Part shown: one piece after another, positions 34,085-44,431 of the stretch
Layout of the letters: every line of letters starts with the position of its first letter
Numbering within the stretch: position 1 is the first letter of the stretch
NCBI GenBank assembly: GCA_051439605.1
Contig: JBFRWN010000075.1
Span: 64,570 to 128,569 of the forward strand
DNA from: Synechococcus sp.
GTDB lineage: Bacteria; Cyanobacteriota; Cyanobacteriia; Thermostichales; PCC-7336
Reading direction: 5' to 3'
DNA: 64,000 bases
Notes under the pieces: model-generated
What the model saw: the letters and a program-made list of their open reading frames with translations, nothing else
What the model was told of the DNA's origin: nothing
Databases searched by the model: none
Program-made: the position numbers and the translations under genes

Positions 34085-34309
34085 ACTAAATGAACTGAAT
34101 TTGCTTTAATCGTATCTTCCCCAACCGGTAGCAATAAAGTCACAGCCAGCCGACGGTCCCCTTCTAAAGGCATCACTTCTTCATTCACCATGAAAACGTT
34201 GGAAACCTCAGCTAGTCCCAATGCCCAAAAAGCAAACGAGGAATAAGGATGAACGTTCGTACCGGAATAATTGACATTGAGATGGCCTAAACGACCTGAC
34301 CTTCTATCC

Positions 34310-34708
34310 TTAGTCGGTTGCAGGTGGGATATCTAGCATCGGTTCGCTGTTGGCGCGTTCTGCCTCTAGCTTATTCAGCAGTGACAAGACCCTTGTGCCG
34401 CGCTCTAATGAAGGATCTTCGAAGAAAGTTACTGTTGGAGTCCGACGCAACCGCACCCGCTTACCAATTTCTCGACGAACGTAGCTTTCCGATGCGTGCA
34501 GTCCATCCATCGCCTCGGCACGAGCATCTTCAGTGCCATAGATGCTGACAAACACCTTGGCATGTTGCAAATCTCCAGACACTTCTACATCCGTAACGCT
34601 AATCATGCCGGAGCCAACACGCTCATCCTTAATTCCCATCATCAGCATTTGACTAATTTCCCGCTTGATCGCCGATGACACGCGGGCTACTCTACGGTCG
34701 TTGGCCAC
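34310..34708 (-). CDS. rbfA: ribosome-binding factor A
   Basis: [40 protein letters not shown]...D.SLERG. Start GTG 34708 after GAGGAG. Confidence 0.96.
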   Translation of the reverse strand: MANDRRVARVSSAIKREISQMLMMGIKDERVGSGMISVTDVEVSGDLQHAKVFVSIYGTEDARAEAMDGLHASESYVRREIGKRVRLRRTPTVTFFEDPSLERGTRVLSLLNKLEAERANSEPMLDIPPATD

Positions 34709-34843
34709 GAGTGACTCCTCAGACAACTCTGCTGATTGTTGTTAGTTTGCAGTTCGCTAGCATTGAAAGCCTCTTGATTCCAGAATTGACCCACTGGCCA
34801 TTGGACAGGGGCTCGGAATTGAGCGTTTGCTGCTATACAAATT

Positions 34844-35095
34844 TTACGACGCCAAGCTAGCGGGTAGCCATATATCTCCGGTCATCGCCTTGAGGGTTAA
34901 CGCGACAAATGCCAGCATGAGTACAAACCCCAAAGACACTAAAACGGCGGCAAATTTGCTCTTTTTATAGAGGTTGGTCAGGGGTTTGAGCAAAACCCAC
35001 AGTCCCCCCATCATGACACCAATGATGTAGAAGGGATAGCGAGAGACATTTTCGATAAAGCGATCTTCTAACTTGCGTTCTTGCTTGCCGGCCAT
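34844..35095 (-). CDS. DUF751 family membrane protein
   Basis: F.ENVSRYP.Y ... L.PL ... TLKAM.G. Lies upstream of rbfA, as is usual in cyanobacteria. Confidence 0.85.
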   Translation of the reverse strand: MAGKQERKLEDRFIENVSRYPFYIIGVMMGGLWVLLKPLTNLYKKSKFAAVLVSLGFVLMLAFVALTLKAMTGDIWLPASLAS

Positions 35096-35223
35096 GGGTG
35101 TTCGCGACGATAAGATACCTTATATCCTAACCCCCCTTTAACCAGCGGGTTTCGATGCTCTGTCAGAGTCAATTCTCTATATCTGTGGGCATCTATTCAT
35201 CCCGATAGAGCCCTCTTTGCCTG

Positions 35224-36192
35224 CTATTCAGGAGTGTCAGAGCCCTTTCGCAGCACTTTTTTTACTACAAACGCACGTACGTTGCGTCGCAGGTCTCTGG
35301 GAAGCACCCACATCAACATATAAAGAAGGGTATCCATGGCTCCGGGAGGACCTTGATTGAAGGACTCTAGCAGAATGGGCCAGAACTGTTCCCGCTGTCC
35401 ATTGAGCGCCGCCTGGGAACCCACGTGGCTCATGAGAAAGCCAGCATAGGCTTGGGGGGTGACCAAATGCTTGACGGAGCGAATCCACTTGAGAGAATAT
35501 TGCCACTTGTTGTTATTGCTCATTTGAGCGTGCCCTTCGGGACGGTACCACACACTAAGAGGCTCTTCTACAAATTCCATTCCCGCCCCTTCAATCGCGA
35601 TCGCGTGAAATAACCAATTCCAATCTTCATGCATCTTCACCTCGGGATCGGGCAAAGTCTGCAGCAGCAATTCCTTTTTCACGAAGTAGGTGGAAGGTTG
35701 CAATATCGCCTCCCCGTAAAAGAAGGATTTGCGAACAAATAAATATTCACTCAGGGGTTCGGTCGGAGTGGGAGAGCGACGGGGGCAGGTGAAATCGCCT
35801 CGTGGAGTGCGCTCGATCATCTGGCTAGCAACGATTGGAAGGGAATATTGGGATGCCGTGGCCACTTTCAACTGAGACTCCAGCTTGTTTGGCATCCATT
35901 CATCATCATCATCGAGGTACGCTATCCAGTTGCCTTGTGCGTTCAGAATACCGGTTTTTCTGGCAGCGGGAAGGCCACGATTTTCTGGATGGACAATCCA
36001 ACGCAGGCGGGGTTCTCCAAGGGACGCAAGGGATGCTTCGGTCGCAGGGTCAGGGCCATCAATGGTAACAACAATTTCAAAATTCGCGAACGTCTGAGCT
36101 TGTACACTTTCGATCGCCCGCTTGACTAGCTCTGGGCGATTGCGGGTGGGAATTAGAACGCTGATTTCTGGGGAGGAAGGATGACTGCTCAT
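35224..36192 (-). CDS. glycosyltransferase family 2
   Basis: ISVLIPTRNR, VTIDG, NRGLPAARKTG, AYLDDDDEW, HEDW. Confidence 0.92.
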   Translation of the reverse strand: MSSHPSSPEISVLIPTRNRPELVKRAIESVQAQTFANFEIVVTIDGPDPATEASLASLGEPRLRWIVHPENRGLPAARKTGILNAQGNWIAYLDDDDEWMPNKLESQLKVATASQYSLPIVASQMIERTPRGDFTCPRRSPTPTEPLSEYLFVRKSFFYGEAILQPSTYFVKKELLLQTLPDPEVKMHEDWNWLFHAIAIEGAGMEFVEEPLSVWYRPEGHAQMSNNNKWQYSLKWIRSVKHLVTPQAYAGFLMSHVGSQAALNGQREQFWPILLESFNQGPPGAMDTLLYMLMWVLPRDLRRNVRAFVVKKVLRKGSDTPE

Positions 36193-36660
36193 AGCTCCTA
36201 GCTTGGCTAAAGAAGTGAGAAAAGGGAAACTCTCCCGCAAGTGGATAAGAACCTCAGGGTGAGGGTTGCACTAAGCCACAAATAGATTGACTGGACTGAA
36301 TAGGAGGTGGAAAGCAGATGCCTGAAGAACTCATCTCCAAACAGCGGTCCCACTCACCGCTCCAAAGTGAAGGTCCCTATACCCAGGCTGGCCACAGAGT
36401 AACTTGGGAATTACCAGCAAGAATAACTCGGCTCAACCCAGGAACATTGTTTAATAACATACACGTTATTCCATGCCTTTGTTGTGTATCAAATACTGCT
36501 TTTCCCTGATTCTCCATACGCTCCCTTAGCTTACTCGCGGTATGGGAATAGGAGAGCACCGCACAAGGCAGGCGGAAACATGACTCGAAAGCAGCAGACA
36601 AAGGACTGCATCGTAAGTATCGATAGAGGAGAATCACATCAGCACGCTGCATGCCGTCGT

Positions 36661-37662
36661 CTACCGAGGTAAAGGTAAGAATCCCATTGCTTCTCGTACC
36701 GAGGCAATCGTGCCTGCAGCTACAGACCCAGCCTTCTCGGCATTAGCTTTCAGCAAGCCATCTAGATAGCCGGGTTCTCGGACAATTTCTTCATATTTCA
36801 AGCGAATGGGTTCTAAAGCGGCGATCGCCGTATCTGCCAGCAGCGGTTTGAACTGTCCCCAACCCATATCGGCGCATTCCGCCTCCACCGCATCTCTATC
36901 CTTACCGCTGAGCAGGTAGTACAGAGTAATCAAATTAGAAGCTTCTGGGCGATCGGGATTATCGAACTCTAGACCTCTGGTGGGATCTGTCTTGGCCTTC
37001 TTAATCTTTTTGGTAATGGCTTCTGGTGAATCCAGCAAATAAATACGACTTAGCTCGGAGGGATCGGACTTCGACATCTTACTGGTGCCGTCCGTTAGGC
37101 TCATCACCCTGGCCCCGTCCTGCCGGATGCGGGCTTCGGGCACTAGGAAAGTTTCTCCGAAGCGATCGTTAAAGCGACGTGCAATATCGCGGCACAGCTC
37201 AATGTGCTGACGCTGGTCTTCTCCAACGGGAACAAAGTTGGGTTGGTAGAGCAAAATATCCGCCGCTTGTAGCACCGGATAGCTGAAGAGTCCAACGCTA
37301 GCCTCTTCCCCCACCTTGGCCTGCTTTTCCTTGTACTGGATCATGCGTTCGCACCAGTTCATGGGGGTAAAGCTGTTGAACAGCCAAGCCAGCTCAGTGT
37401 GGGCAGGGACGTGGGACTGTATAAATACGGTGGAATGCTCGGGATCGAGTCCACATGCCAGATAGAGGGCAAACACCTGACGAGTACATTCCGCTAACGT
37501 CTTGGGATCGTAGGGAACGGTAATGGCATGTTGATCCACTACGCAAAAGAAATTCTCGTATTGGGCTTGTTCTTGAACCCAGTTGCGAATCGCCCCCAGA
37601 TAGTTCCCTAAATGCAGTTCGCCAGAGGGCTGAATTCCAGAAAACGTCCGCTGTTTCGCCAT
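36661..37662 (-). CDS. trpS: tryptophanyl-tRNA synthetase
   Basis: SGIQPSGELHLGNYLGA (HIGH), YPVLQAADILLY, VPVGEDQRQH, KMSKS. Confidence 0.97.
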   Translation of the reverse strand: MAKQRTFSGIQPSGELHLGNYLGAIRNWVQEQAQYENFFCVVDQHAITVPYDPKTLAECTRQVFALYLACGLDPEHSTVFIQSHVPAHTELAWLFNSFTPMNWCERMIQYKEKQAKVGEEASVGLFSYPVLQAADILLYQPNFVPVGEDQRQHIELCRDIARRFNDRFGETFLVPEARIRQDGARVMSLTDGTSKMSKSDPSELSRIYLLDSPEAITKKIKKAKTDPTRGLEFDNPDRPEASNLITLYYLLSGKDRDAVEAECADMGWGQFKPLLADTAIAALEPIRLKYEEIVREPGYLDGLLKANAEKAGSVAAGTIASVREAMGFLPLPR

Positions 37663-38175
37663 GCCAGAAATACCAAATCCCCCGGTATTGTAACGGACTG
37701 TGACAGGCTGCTGGATGGCAATGGTTTGCCGAATGATTTGTGAGACCTAAGTTCGGTGGCCCTGTCCCGGCCCGGAAAAGGGGGACAAGAGTCTCGAATG
37801 CCTATATTTTCGTCAAATAGCCACTCATTTTGCATTAGGAGCCAATTCTATCGAACTAGCGTGTGGGGCAACCGTTGTCGTTGAGCACTAGGGGAGGAGA
37901 TAACAACAGAATCTTAAAAATCGACCGGTATTTTGGGGGGCAATGGTCTTCGAATGGTGGATTGAGAGAAGTGCTAGGCGATCGCCGTGCTTGCTGAACA
38001 GATTGCCCCAGCCACCCTTCCCAGACACCCATGTTCCCGCTATCTGTTGTGACGATTGACTCTGCAATGGCTAAGGCCTGTGGGGCAAGTCAATTGGGCA
38101 AGGCTGGCTAATTTCGGATTCAACACCAGGCTTCCCCCCTCAATTCATTACAGCCATATTGCCAGGGTAATTATC

Positions 38176-39444
38176 ATGACCTATTTGCAGCAGCTCAGTC
38201 AGATTTCTCAAACCGTAAGCGATCCCGCTCAGGCGGCCCACCAACAAAGTGCGTTGGTGGCAGGCTGGCTAAAGTCTGAACCCATGCCCTTCTTTGCGGA
38301 TTTGCAGGCCAATCAACCTATCTTCCAGAGTCCCGCTTTCACAATTGTGACTAAGTATGCGGACGTGATGGAGATGTTCAACACGGATGACGTATTCACT
38401 ACAGATGCCTTCGCACCACGAATAATGCGAGACATCGGTCCGTTTGTACTGGGTATGAGGAACTCCGCAGAATACGAACGTCAGAAGTCAATTTTGCGTC
38501 TAGTCTTTTCCCGCCAGGACGTCACCCGAATTAAAACGTTAGTCAAAGAAGAAAGCAGCCGGATTTTGGGCTCGCTAGCTCCCGGAGATAGTTTTGACTT
38601 CATAGGCGACTACTCCCGACTGGTCCCCGCACTGGTCATTAGACGGTATTTAGGACTGGAAGGCATTCCCCACGTTCGCATCTGGCAGTGGACGCGAGCC
38701 ATTTTCGGAGACATCTTCGCCAACATTGCCGGCGACTCTGCCATTGCAGAGGCAGCTGTTCGTGCCCAAACAGAGGCGGCTCCACTCATTGCCCAAGAAA
38801 TCACCAAACGTCGCCGTACCATTGCACGGCTTAATCTTGGAACCCCAAATGTCACGGTGTTGGATCGGTTGTTGGCCTGTCAACAGAATGAAATGACCTT
38901 TTTAGATGACGATCAGATTCGCAACAATTTACTGGGGATGTTTGTAGGGACTCTGTCTCTAACCAATATCGCAATTTTGAGCGCCTATTCCGAATTAGTC
39001 GGACGGCCAGAGGTCCTTCCACAAGCTAAAGCAGCCGCCAAGTTGCCGTCCTATGCTGCGGTGGCTGGATACGTTTGGGAAGCGTTGCGCTTCAAGCCCC
39101 CTGGAACAGGCCTTTTCCGCAGCTGCATTAGAGATTACACGCTAGCTGCTGGAACCGAGCGCGCTACCAAAATCGAGGCTGGCACCCTGGTGTATGGGGC
39201 CACTGCTGCTGCAATGCACGATCCTGACTACATCGTCAACCCCACCAAATTTCAGGTGGGTCGCTCCGAAGATAATTATCTGTTTTTCTTCAGTGGTTTA
39301 CACAGTTGTCTAGGGAAGTATTTCTCCCATATCCAAGTGCCAATTGCCGTCCAGGCATTGCTCAATGCTGGCACGATTGGGTTCACCGGTCCCATGACCT
39401 TAGAAGGTGGTTTCCCCAATTCTTTACCGGCGAAGCTGTCTTAA
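38176..39444 (+). CDS. cytochrome P450 (atypical I-helix)
   Basis: K-helix EALRF (ExxR), AMHDP, heme motif FFSGLHSCLG. Start placed at ATG 38176. Confidence 0.88.
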   Translation: MTYLQQLSQISQTVSDPAQAAHQQSALVAGWLKSEPMPFFADLQANQPIFQSPAFTIVTKYADVMEMFNTDDVFTTDAFAPRIMRDIGPFVLGMRNSAEYERQKSILRLVFSRQDVTRIKTLVKEESSRILGSLAPGDSFDFIGDYSRLVPALVIRRYLGLEGIPHVRIWQWTRAIFGDIFANIAGDSAIAEAAVRAQTEAAPLIAQEITKRRRTIARLNLGTPNVTVLDRLLACQQNEMTFLDDDQIRNNLLGMFVGTLSLTNIAILSAYSELVGRPEVLPQAKAAAKLPSYAAVAGYVWEALRFKPPGTGLFRSCIRDYTLAAGTERATKIEAGTLVYGATAAAMHDPDYIVNPTKFQVGRSEDNYLFFFSGLHSCLGKYFSHIQVPIAVQALLNAGTIGFTGPMTLEGGFPNSLPAKLS

Positions 39445-39750
39445 GTGCGACCAGTCCGGTATGCATCGTTTGAGAGCGGCGGGTTGGGCATTTGCGGAGG
39501 AACCGAGATAGCAAGAGTCCACCCGCTGTTGAATGTAGGGATGGTGCCAAGCAATTGTTGCCATTGCCCAACAGCCTTTAGGTTCGAAAACAGTAACTTT
39601 AGAGGAGCGGTTTATCTCAATAACAAAGATTGTCCCCTACAGTTAGGGATTAAGGTTCATTGATAGAGCTAGATAATTAATCGATCTGGAAGTTTCTCAC
39701 GAGAGATACACTGAACCTAACGAATGCTCCATTCCGATCTCAGAAATTCC

Positions 39751-40380
39751 ATGGCACCCACCTCCAGTCCTGCTGCCCCAACTGCTGCCCCCCTGCGTCA
39801 AGCGGAGGTTCATCGCCGAACGGGAGAAACGGATGTGCGGGTCAAGATCAACCTAGATGGGGCTGGTAAGCATGCGGTAGACACCGGTGTTCCTTTCCTC
39901 GATCACATGCTGGTACAGCTGAGTACCCACGGGTTATTTGACCTGGAGATTAAAGCCGTGGGAGATCTGGAAATTGACGATCACCACACTAACGAGGACG
40001 TTGGTATTACCTTAGGGCAAGCTCTGGCCCAGTCCTTGAGCGATCGCAAAGGCATTCATCGGTTCGGGCATTTCTGGGCACCCCTCGATGAGGCGCTAGT
40101 ACAAGTTGTCATGGACTTCTCGGGTCGTCCCTATCTAGACTTTGGCCTGACTCTAACCACCGAGCGCATTGGGACCTACGAAACGCAGTTGGTGCGAGAA
40201 TTTTTTCAGGCTGTTGTCAATCACGCCCAGATCACGCTTCACATTCGTCAGGCTGCAGGTCTCAATTCCCACCACATTGTGGAAGCTACCTTTAAGGCTT
40301 TTGCCAGAGCGATGCGGATGGCCACTGAAGTCGATCCCCGTCGTGTAGCCCAAATCCCCAGCTCTAAAGGGGTTCTATAG
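39751..40380 (+). CDS. hisB: imidazoleglycerol-phosphate dehydratase
   Basis: [47 protein letters not shown]. Confidence 0.97.
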   Translation: MAPTSSPAAPTAAPLRQAEVHRRTGETDVRVKINLDGAGKHAVDTGVPFLDHMLVQLSTHGLFDLEIKAVGDLEIDDHHTNEDVGITLGQALAQSLSDRKGIHRFGHFWAPLDEALVQVVMDFSGRPYLDFGLTLTTERIGTYETQLVREFFQAVVNHAQITLHIRQAAGLNSHHIVEATFKAFARAMRMATEVDPRRVAQIPSSKGVL

Positions 40381-40459
40381 ACAGCTTAATGATTGGCTGT
40401 CAAAGCACTTCTAATAGCTTGGGAACTCTACCCCCCATTCGATCCGGAGAAAGACCTTC

Positions 40460-41161
40460 GTGGAACAGTTGTTTGACCCGCAGCCAGAGGGCTCGTCCCG
40501 TCACCCGGGACTACCAGAGCGGAGCGCTCAGGATGGGACAAATTGCCCTAGGGTAAACCAATATCTACTCACCGAACAGACTGCTGTGAGGGCTTTAGTT
40601 CCGGTTCTCTTCGGCATATTACTGCTGTGGAATTGGCGGTTTGCACTTGCCCTGTTGGTGGGCAGCTGCACTATGAACTTGGCGGTTTCAATCCGTTCCG
40701 CCCCATGGAATCAGACAATCACCCGGATTCGCCAGCAGTATTTGAATGGCGAGAATCTTCCCATGGTCTTGGCTGCTATGGGTGGCATCGTGGCAACAGT
40801 GGGCACCTACACTGGCTTATCCATGTGGACGCAATCGAGCGATCGCTGGTTGGCGATTGGGGCCATAGCACAGGGACTCGTTTCGTCTGGCATTCTCTAC
40901 GTTCTGGCTTGGCAGGCTTGGAGACAGCCCTTGCGAGAAGACACAGCAGCCCTCGATGTCATTTTGCAGCACATGCTTGCACCGACTCCTGCAAGGAGGC
41001 TTCTTTCAGCTCAGCAACTGCAACGCTTTATTAGGGACGGACAACTTACCATTGAACAACATCAATTTGTGGAGACGTATCTACAAACTGTTCTGGAGCA
41101 AGAGTCGGATAGGCGGGTGCGCGAACAACTATTGACCATCTGGCAGCAGAATTTTGTTTAA
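40460..41161 (+). CDS. hypothetical membrane protein (cyanobacterial)
   Basis: LLWNW..AL motif, 3-4 TM segments, C-terminal helical region (P..RRL..A..QL). GGAG RBS before GTG. Confidence 0.7.
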   Translation: MEQLFDPQPEGSSRHPGLPERSAQDGTNCPRVNQYLLTEQTAVRALVPVLFGILLLWNWRFALALLVGSCTMNLAVSIRSAPWNQTITRIRQQYLNGENLPMVLAAMGGIVATVGTYTGLSMWTQSSDRWLAIGAIAQGLVSSGILYVLAWQAWRQPLREDTAALDVILQHMLAPTPARRLLSAQQLQRFIRDGQLTIEQHQFVETYLQTVLEQESDRRVREQLLTIWQQNFV

Positions 41162-41240
41162 CTCCTTTGACCTTGACACTTGACGGGCGGCAGGCGCGCG
41201 TTGCAAAGCCTGCTTTAAGCTGTGCAAGAGTACCAAAGCC

Positions 41241-41549
41241 TCATTCAGTCGGCTCTAAAGGAGCCATGGTTAAACCCTCCCGCTTTAATTGCTGGTGATA
41301 AAGCTCAGCTTGTTCTTGTGGGCCAACCCAAACGATTGCTTGGCCTTCAAAATGAACCTGCATGGTCAACTCGTAGGCGCGAGTAGCCGTCATTTGAGGG
41401 ATATATCGCTGCAGGCAATGTTGAACGTGATCGATTGTGTTCACGTCATCATCCAAAACAATCACCTTGAAGTTTGGGTAGGGCTTGCGGACCCTTTGGC
41501 GGCGCTTGTCTGGGGCAATGACTGTTTGAGTGGCAGATTTAGCTGGCAT
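41241..41549 (-). CDS. clpS: ATP-dependent Clp protease adaptor ClpS
   Basis: YPNFKVIVLDDDVNT, QVHFEGQAIVWVGPQEQAELYHQQL..GLTMAPLE. Confidence 0.95.
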   Translation of the reverse strand: MPAKSATQTVIAPDKRRQRVRKPYPNFKVIVLDDDVNTIDHVQHCLQRYIPQMTATRAYELTMQVHFEGQAIVWVGPQEQAELYHQQLKREGLTMAPLEPTE

Positions 41550-41950
41550 GACAACAATTATGGTGGAGGCAAGAGTTCGGTTAATCAGTTAATCAGTCAT
41601 ACCATAACGAACATATTCCGCTGATTTTCAAGATATTGCGTCCGAAATCGAATCTATTCTGGCAGGCAATGTAGAGATCGGGCCGGTATAATCAGTCGGC
41701 CGAAAGGGATAGTCGTGATAGCATCGAGATTTTCATGAGCGCGAATGACATGCATGCATGGGGATTACAGCGCCTGGGGAAGGCCCAGGGTATCCTGGTG
41801 AGGTCAGGTGGAACGTGTCTCAGTCCATGGTCTGGGAACCACAGTTTATCCACAGCCTGATACTTTATCTAAAGCGTTACCATTACCACTTAGTTAGGGC
41901 ATGGTAACAACCGAGAATAGTTGATTTTGTATAAATATTTTGTTTCCGCA

Positions 41951-42328
41951 ATGGACCTCGGATCCGATCGCTGCTCCCCCATACTTTCCCCTTGCCACGT
42001 GTTGGCAGTAGAGGATTGCGACGGCACCCGCGAGCATCCCCTCAGCGATGCAAAGTATTTCATTGGTCGCGATATCGCCAACGATATTTGCCTCAATTCA
42101 GAATTTGCATCCCGGTACCATGCCCTTTTGCTGAGGGTTCCGGCCCAATCCACCGGAGACTACTACTACCGCATATTGGATGGAGATTTAGAAGGTAATC
42201 CCAGCACAAATGGATTGACAGTGAACGGCCAAAAAGTCAACTCTCACCAACTGAGCGAAGGGGATGTGATTTCCTTTGGCCCCGATGCTAAGGCTATCTA
42301 TCATGTCCGCCAAGTAGAGGCTTCATAG
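41951..42328 (+). CDS. FHA domain protein
   Basis: IGR, SRYHA, DGDLEGNPSTNGL.VNG, L..GDVI.FG. Confidence 0.9.
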   Translation: MDLGSDRCSPILSPCHVLAVEDCDGTREHPLSDAKYFIGRDIANDICLNSEFASRYHALLLRVPAQSTGDYYYRILDGDLEGNPSTNGLTVNGQKVNSHQLSEGDVISFGPDAKAIYHVRQVEAS

Positions 42329-42494
42329 GCACAGTTCCCACTCCTCTTCAGACATGTCTCTGGATGTGGCCTGTTACAGCAGCGAGCGATTGAATTAGGA
42401 CAGTGGATATAGGTCCTGCAAACGTTACGGGCGATTAGATTTTTCCTCAATGAACGATCGCTATCGCTAACACTGTCTTACCGGAAGCTGCATA

Positions 42495-44048
42495 CTATTC
42501 AAGACCTTCCAATTGAGAGACAATGTTGCCGTTGGTGCGAATCCTGCGAGTCAACTGGGCCTCTGCTGCAGTTATGGGTTCGAAGACTTTCACCTGTCGA
42601 TCCAGAATGTCAGTCGTCGCATCAGCAATATCTCCAGTGCGATCGCCCAACCACTGACGTACGGTCTCTAGAGGTGCTTCGCAAGCAACGATCCTTAGCG
42701 GCAAGTTTTCTGCTTTGGCTGCATCGATGACCGCCTGTCGGTGTGCTTGCTTGTCGTACTTGGCATCCAAAATGACTGCATACCCAGCCTCAGCCAGCAA
42801 AACCCCTAATTCAAGCAGGCGGGCATAGGTTTTTTTCGTCATTTCTGGAGAGTAAATGCCACCGCCAAACTCACCAGAGCTACCGTTTTCGTACAGGCCA
42901 ATGCCTGCAAGGTGCTTGCGCACGGCATCAGATCGGATGTGGATGGCATCCTGTTGTTGGGCGATAGCCCGAGCCACCGTACTCTTCCCCGAGCCCGACA
43001 GCCCGCACATCATGAAGAGATGACCGTTACGGGGCTGCAGACATTCCCAAGCCAGTCGATAATATTGTGCGGCTGTTGCACTGGCCTCGTCTTTTTTCGG
43101 CTGGGGAATATTGGGGTCACCTAACATAAACGATGTCACTTTGGCTCGCACGTAGGACTGACGACTGACGTACAGCGGTAACACCTGCAATCCTTCGTAG
43201 TCCCCCGTTTGTTCGATGTAAGTATTTAGAAAAAAGGCACTGAGATCAGGGCGAGATCGCACCTGCAAGTCCATGACGATGTAGGCAATGTCGTACATGA
43301 CATCAACGTTGCGGAAGGACTCGTTGAACTCGATACAGTCAAACAAATAGAACCGATCGTTCCAGTAGCAGATATTTCCCAGGTGCAAATCCCCGTGACA
43401 TTCCCGTACAAATTTCCCCTGTACCCGCTGAGCTAGCAGCTCCCCTTTTTCCGCAAAAAAGCGATCGGTGAGGGCTTTGGTCTCGTCAAACTGGGTTCGG
43501 GTTTGCGGCCCGCCGATAAACCGCTCGGTCTGAGCATAGTTTTCGTCAAAGGCTGCTCGTACCCCTGCCACCGAGCCAAAACTAAGGATGCGATCGTTCG
43601 TCGGCAATCGACCGTGAAAGTCGGCAATCTCCTTTGCCAGTTGAACCACTAGCTCGGGAGATAGTTCCCCCCGCTCGAACAATTGGGGAAGTAAGGTTTC
43701 TTGGGGAAACTGCCGCATTTTGAGGGCATATTCCACCACCTCACCATCACCGCCAAGCTGGTACCCCCGTTCGTTTTGAGTAATGGGCAAAACTGCTAGG
43801 TAAAGCTCTGCAGCCCCCCGCTGGTTGAGGCGCAATTCCTCTTGAATATAAAATTGCCGCTTTTCTAGCGTAGTGAAGTTCAGAAAGCCAAAATCCATGG
43901 GTTTCTTCACTTTGTAGGCAAACTCACCCGTCAGAAAAACGTAAGAAATGTGCGTTTGCAACAGTTGAATCGGTTCCGCCACTGGATGGGGATAGAATTC
44001 CGGACTCAACATGTGCTGAATCAGGGGAGGCAAAGCGGCATCGGTCAT
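42495..44048 (-). CDS. aminoglycoside-phosphotransferase-like / P-loop kinase fusion (Rv2004c-like)
   Basis: QTHISYVFLTG, RECHGDLHLGNI, FDCIEFN, then CGLSGSGKST and IRSDAVRK. Confidence 0.9.
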   Translation of the reverse strand: MTDAALPPLIQHMLSPEFYPHPVAEPIQLLQTHISYVFLTGEFAYKVKKPMDFGFLNFTTLEKRQFYIQEELRLNQRGAAELYLAVLPITQNERGYQLGGDGEVVEYALKMRQFPQETLLPQLFERGELSPELVVQLAKEIADFHGRLPTNDRILSFGSVAGVRAAFDENYAQTERFIGGPQTRTQFDETKALTDRFFAEKGELLAQRVQGKFVRECHGDLHLGNICYWNDRFYLFDCIEFNESFRNVDVMYDIAYIVMDLQVRSRPDLSAFFLNTYIEQTGDYEGLQVLPLYVSRQSYVRAKVTSFMLGDPNIPQPKKDEASATAAQYYRLAWECLQPRNGHLFMMCGLSGSGKSTVARAIAQQQDAIHIRSDAVRKHLAGIGLYENGSSGEFGGGIYSPEMTKKTYARLLELGVLLAEAGYAVILDAKYDKQAHRQAVIDAAKAENLPLRIVACEAPLETVRQWLGDRTGDIADATTDILDRQVKVFEPITAAEAQLTRRIRTNGNIVSQLEGLE

Positions 44049-44177
44049 AGTTCTAGACTTTAGATGGGCAGGTGCGCTCACAAGCAATTGGATAGCCTAC
44101 GTAGCGTACTCCCATCCAGGCTTGCACTCAACAAGATTGCTTGACCGACAATTCTGGAGGAGGGAAATTTTTGATGC

Positions 44178-44245
44178 AAAAAAAGCCCCTGGGAGTCTTG
44201 CCGTGTTTCGACCCCAGAGGCTTTTCTGTTTCACTCCTCACCTGT
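44178..44245 (-). ncRNA. yfr2: Yfr2-family small RNA
   Basis: Minus strand ACAGGTGAGGAGTGAAACAG-AAAAGCCTCTGGG-GTCGAAACACGGCAAGAC-TCCCAGGGGCTTTTTT: 5' GTGAGGAG motif, GAAACA boxes, GAAACACGGCAAGAC loop, terminator hairpin and U-tail. Upstream TTGACT-17 nt-TATTAA promoter. Confidence 0.8.
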
Positions 44246-44254
44246 ATTAATTAA

Positions 44255-44272
44255 TAGTCGGAGCACCGACTA
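44255..44272. promoter_or_regulatory. perfect palindrome TAGTCGG-N4-CCGACTA in the yfr2 promoter spacer
   Basis: 7-bp inverted repeat between the -35 (44279-44274) and the -10 (44256-44251, partly overlapped). Confidence 0.65.
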
Positions 44273-44386
44273 GAGTCAACCAGAATTTACCTAGATTAGT
44301 GGAAGAAAGTATTAAGAAACAAAAACGTGACGATTTGAAGGAAAACGCGGCCTTCAAGAAGCCTTCAGATGGAAATGAAGGTTCAA

Positions 44387-44431
44387 ATTGAGCCTGATAG
44401 AATCAAGTCAATTGAGTATGAGTCACGCAGA
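44387..44431 (+). promoter_or_regulatory. two tandem HAIR-like (HspR) operators
   Basis: aTTGAGc-N7-AaTCAAG (44387-44407) and aTTGAGT-N7-ACgCAga (44411-44431) versus consensus CTTGAGT-N7-ACTCAAG. The first overlaps an extended -10 TGaTAGAAT. Confidence 0.7.
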
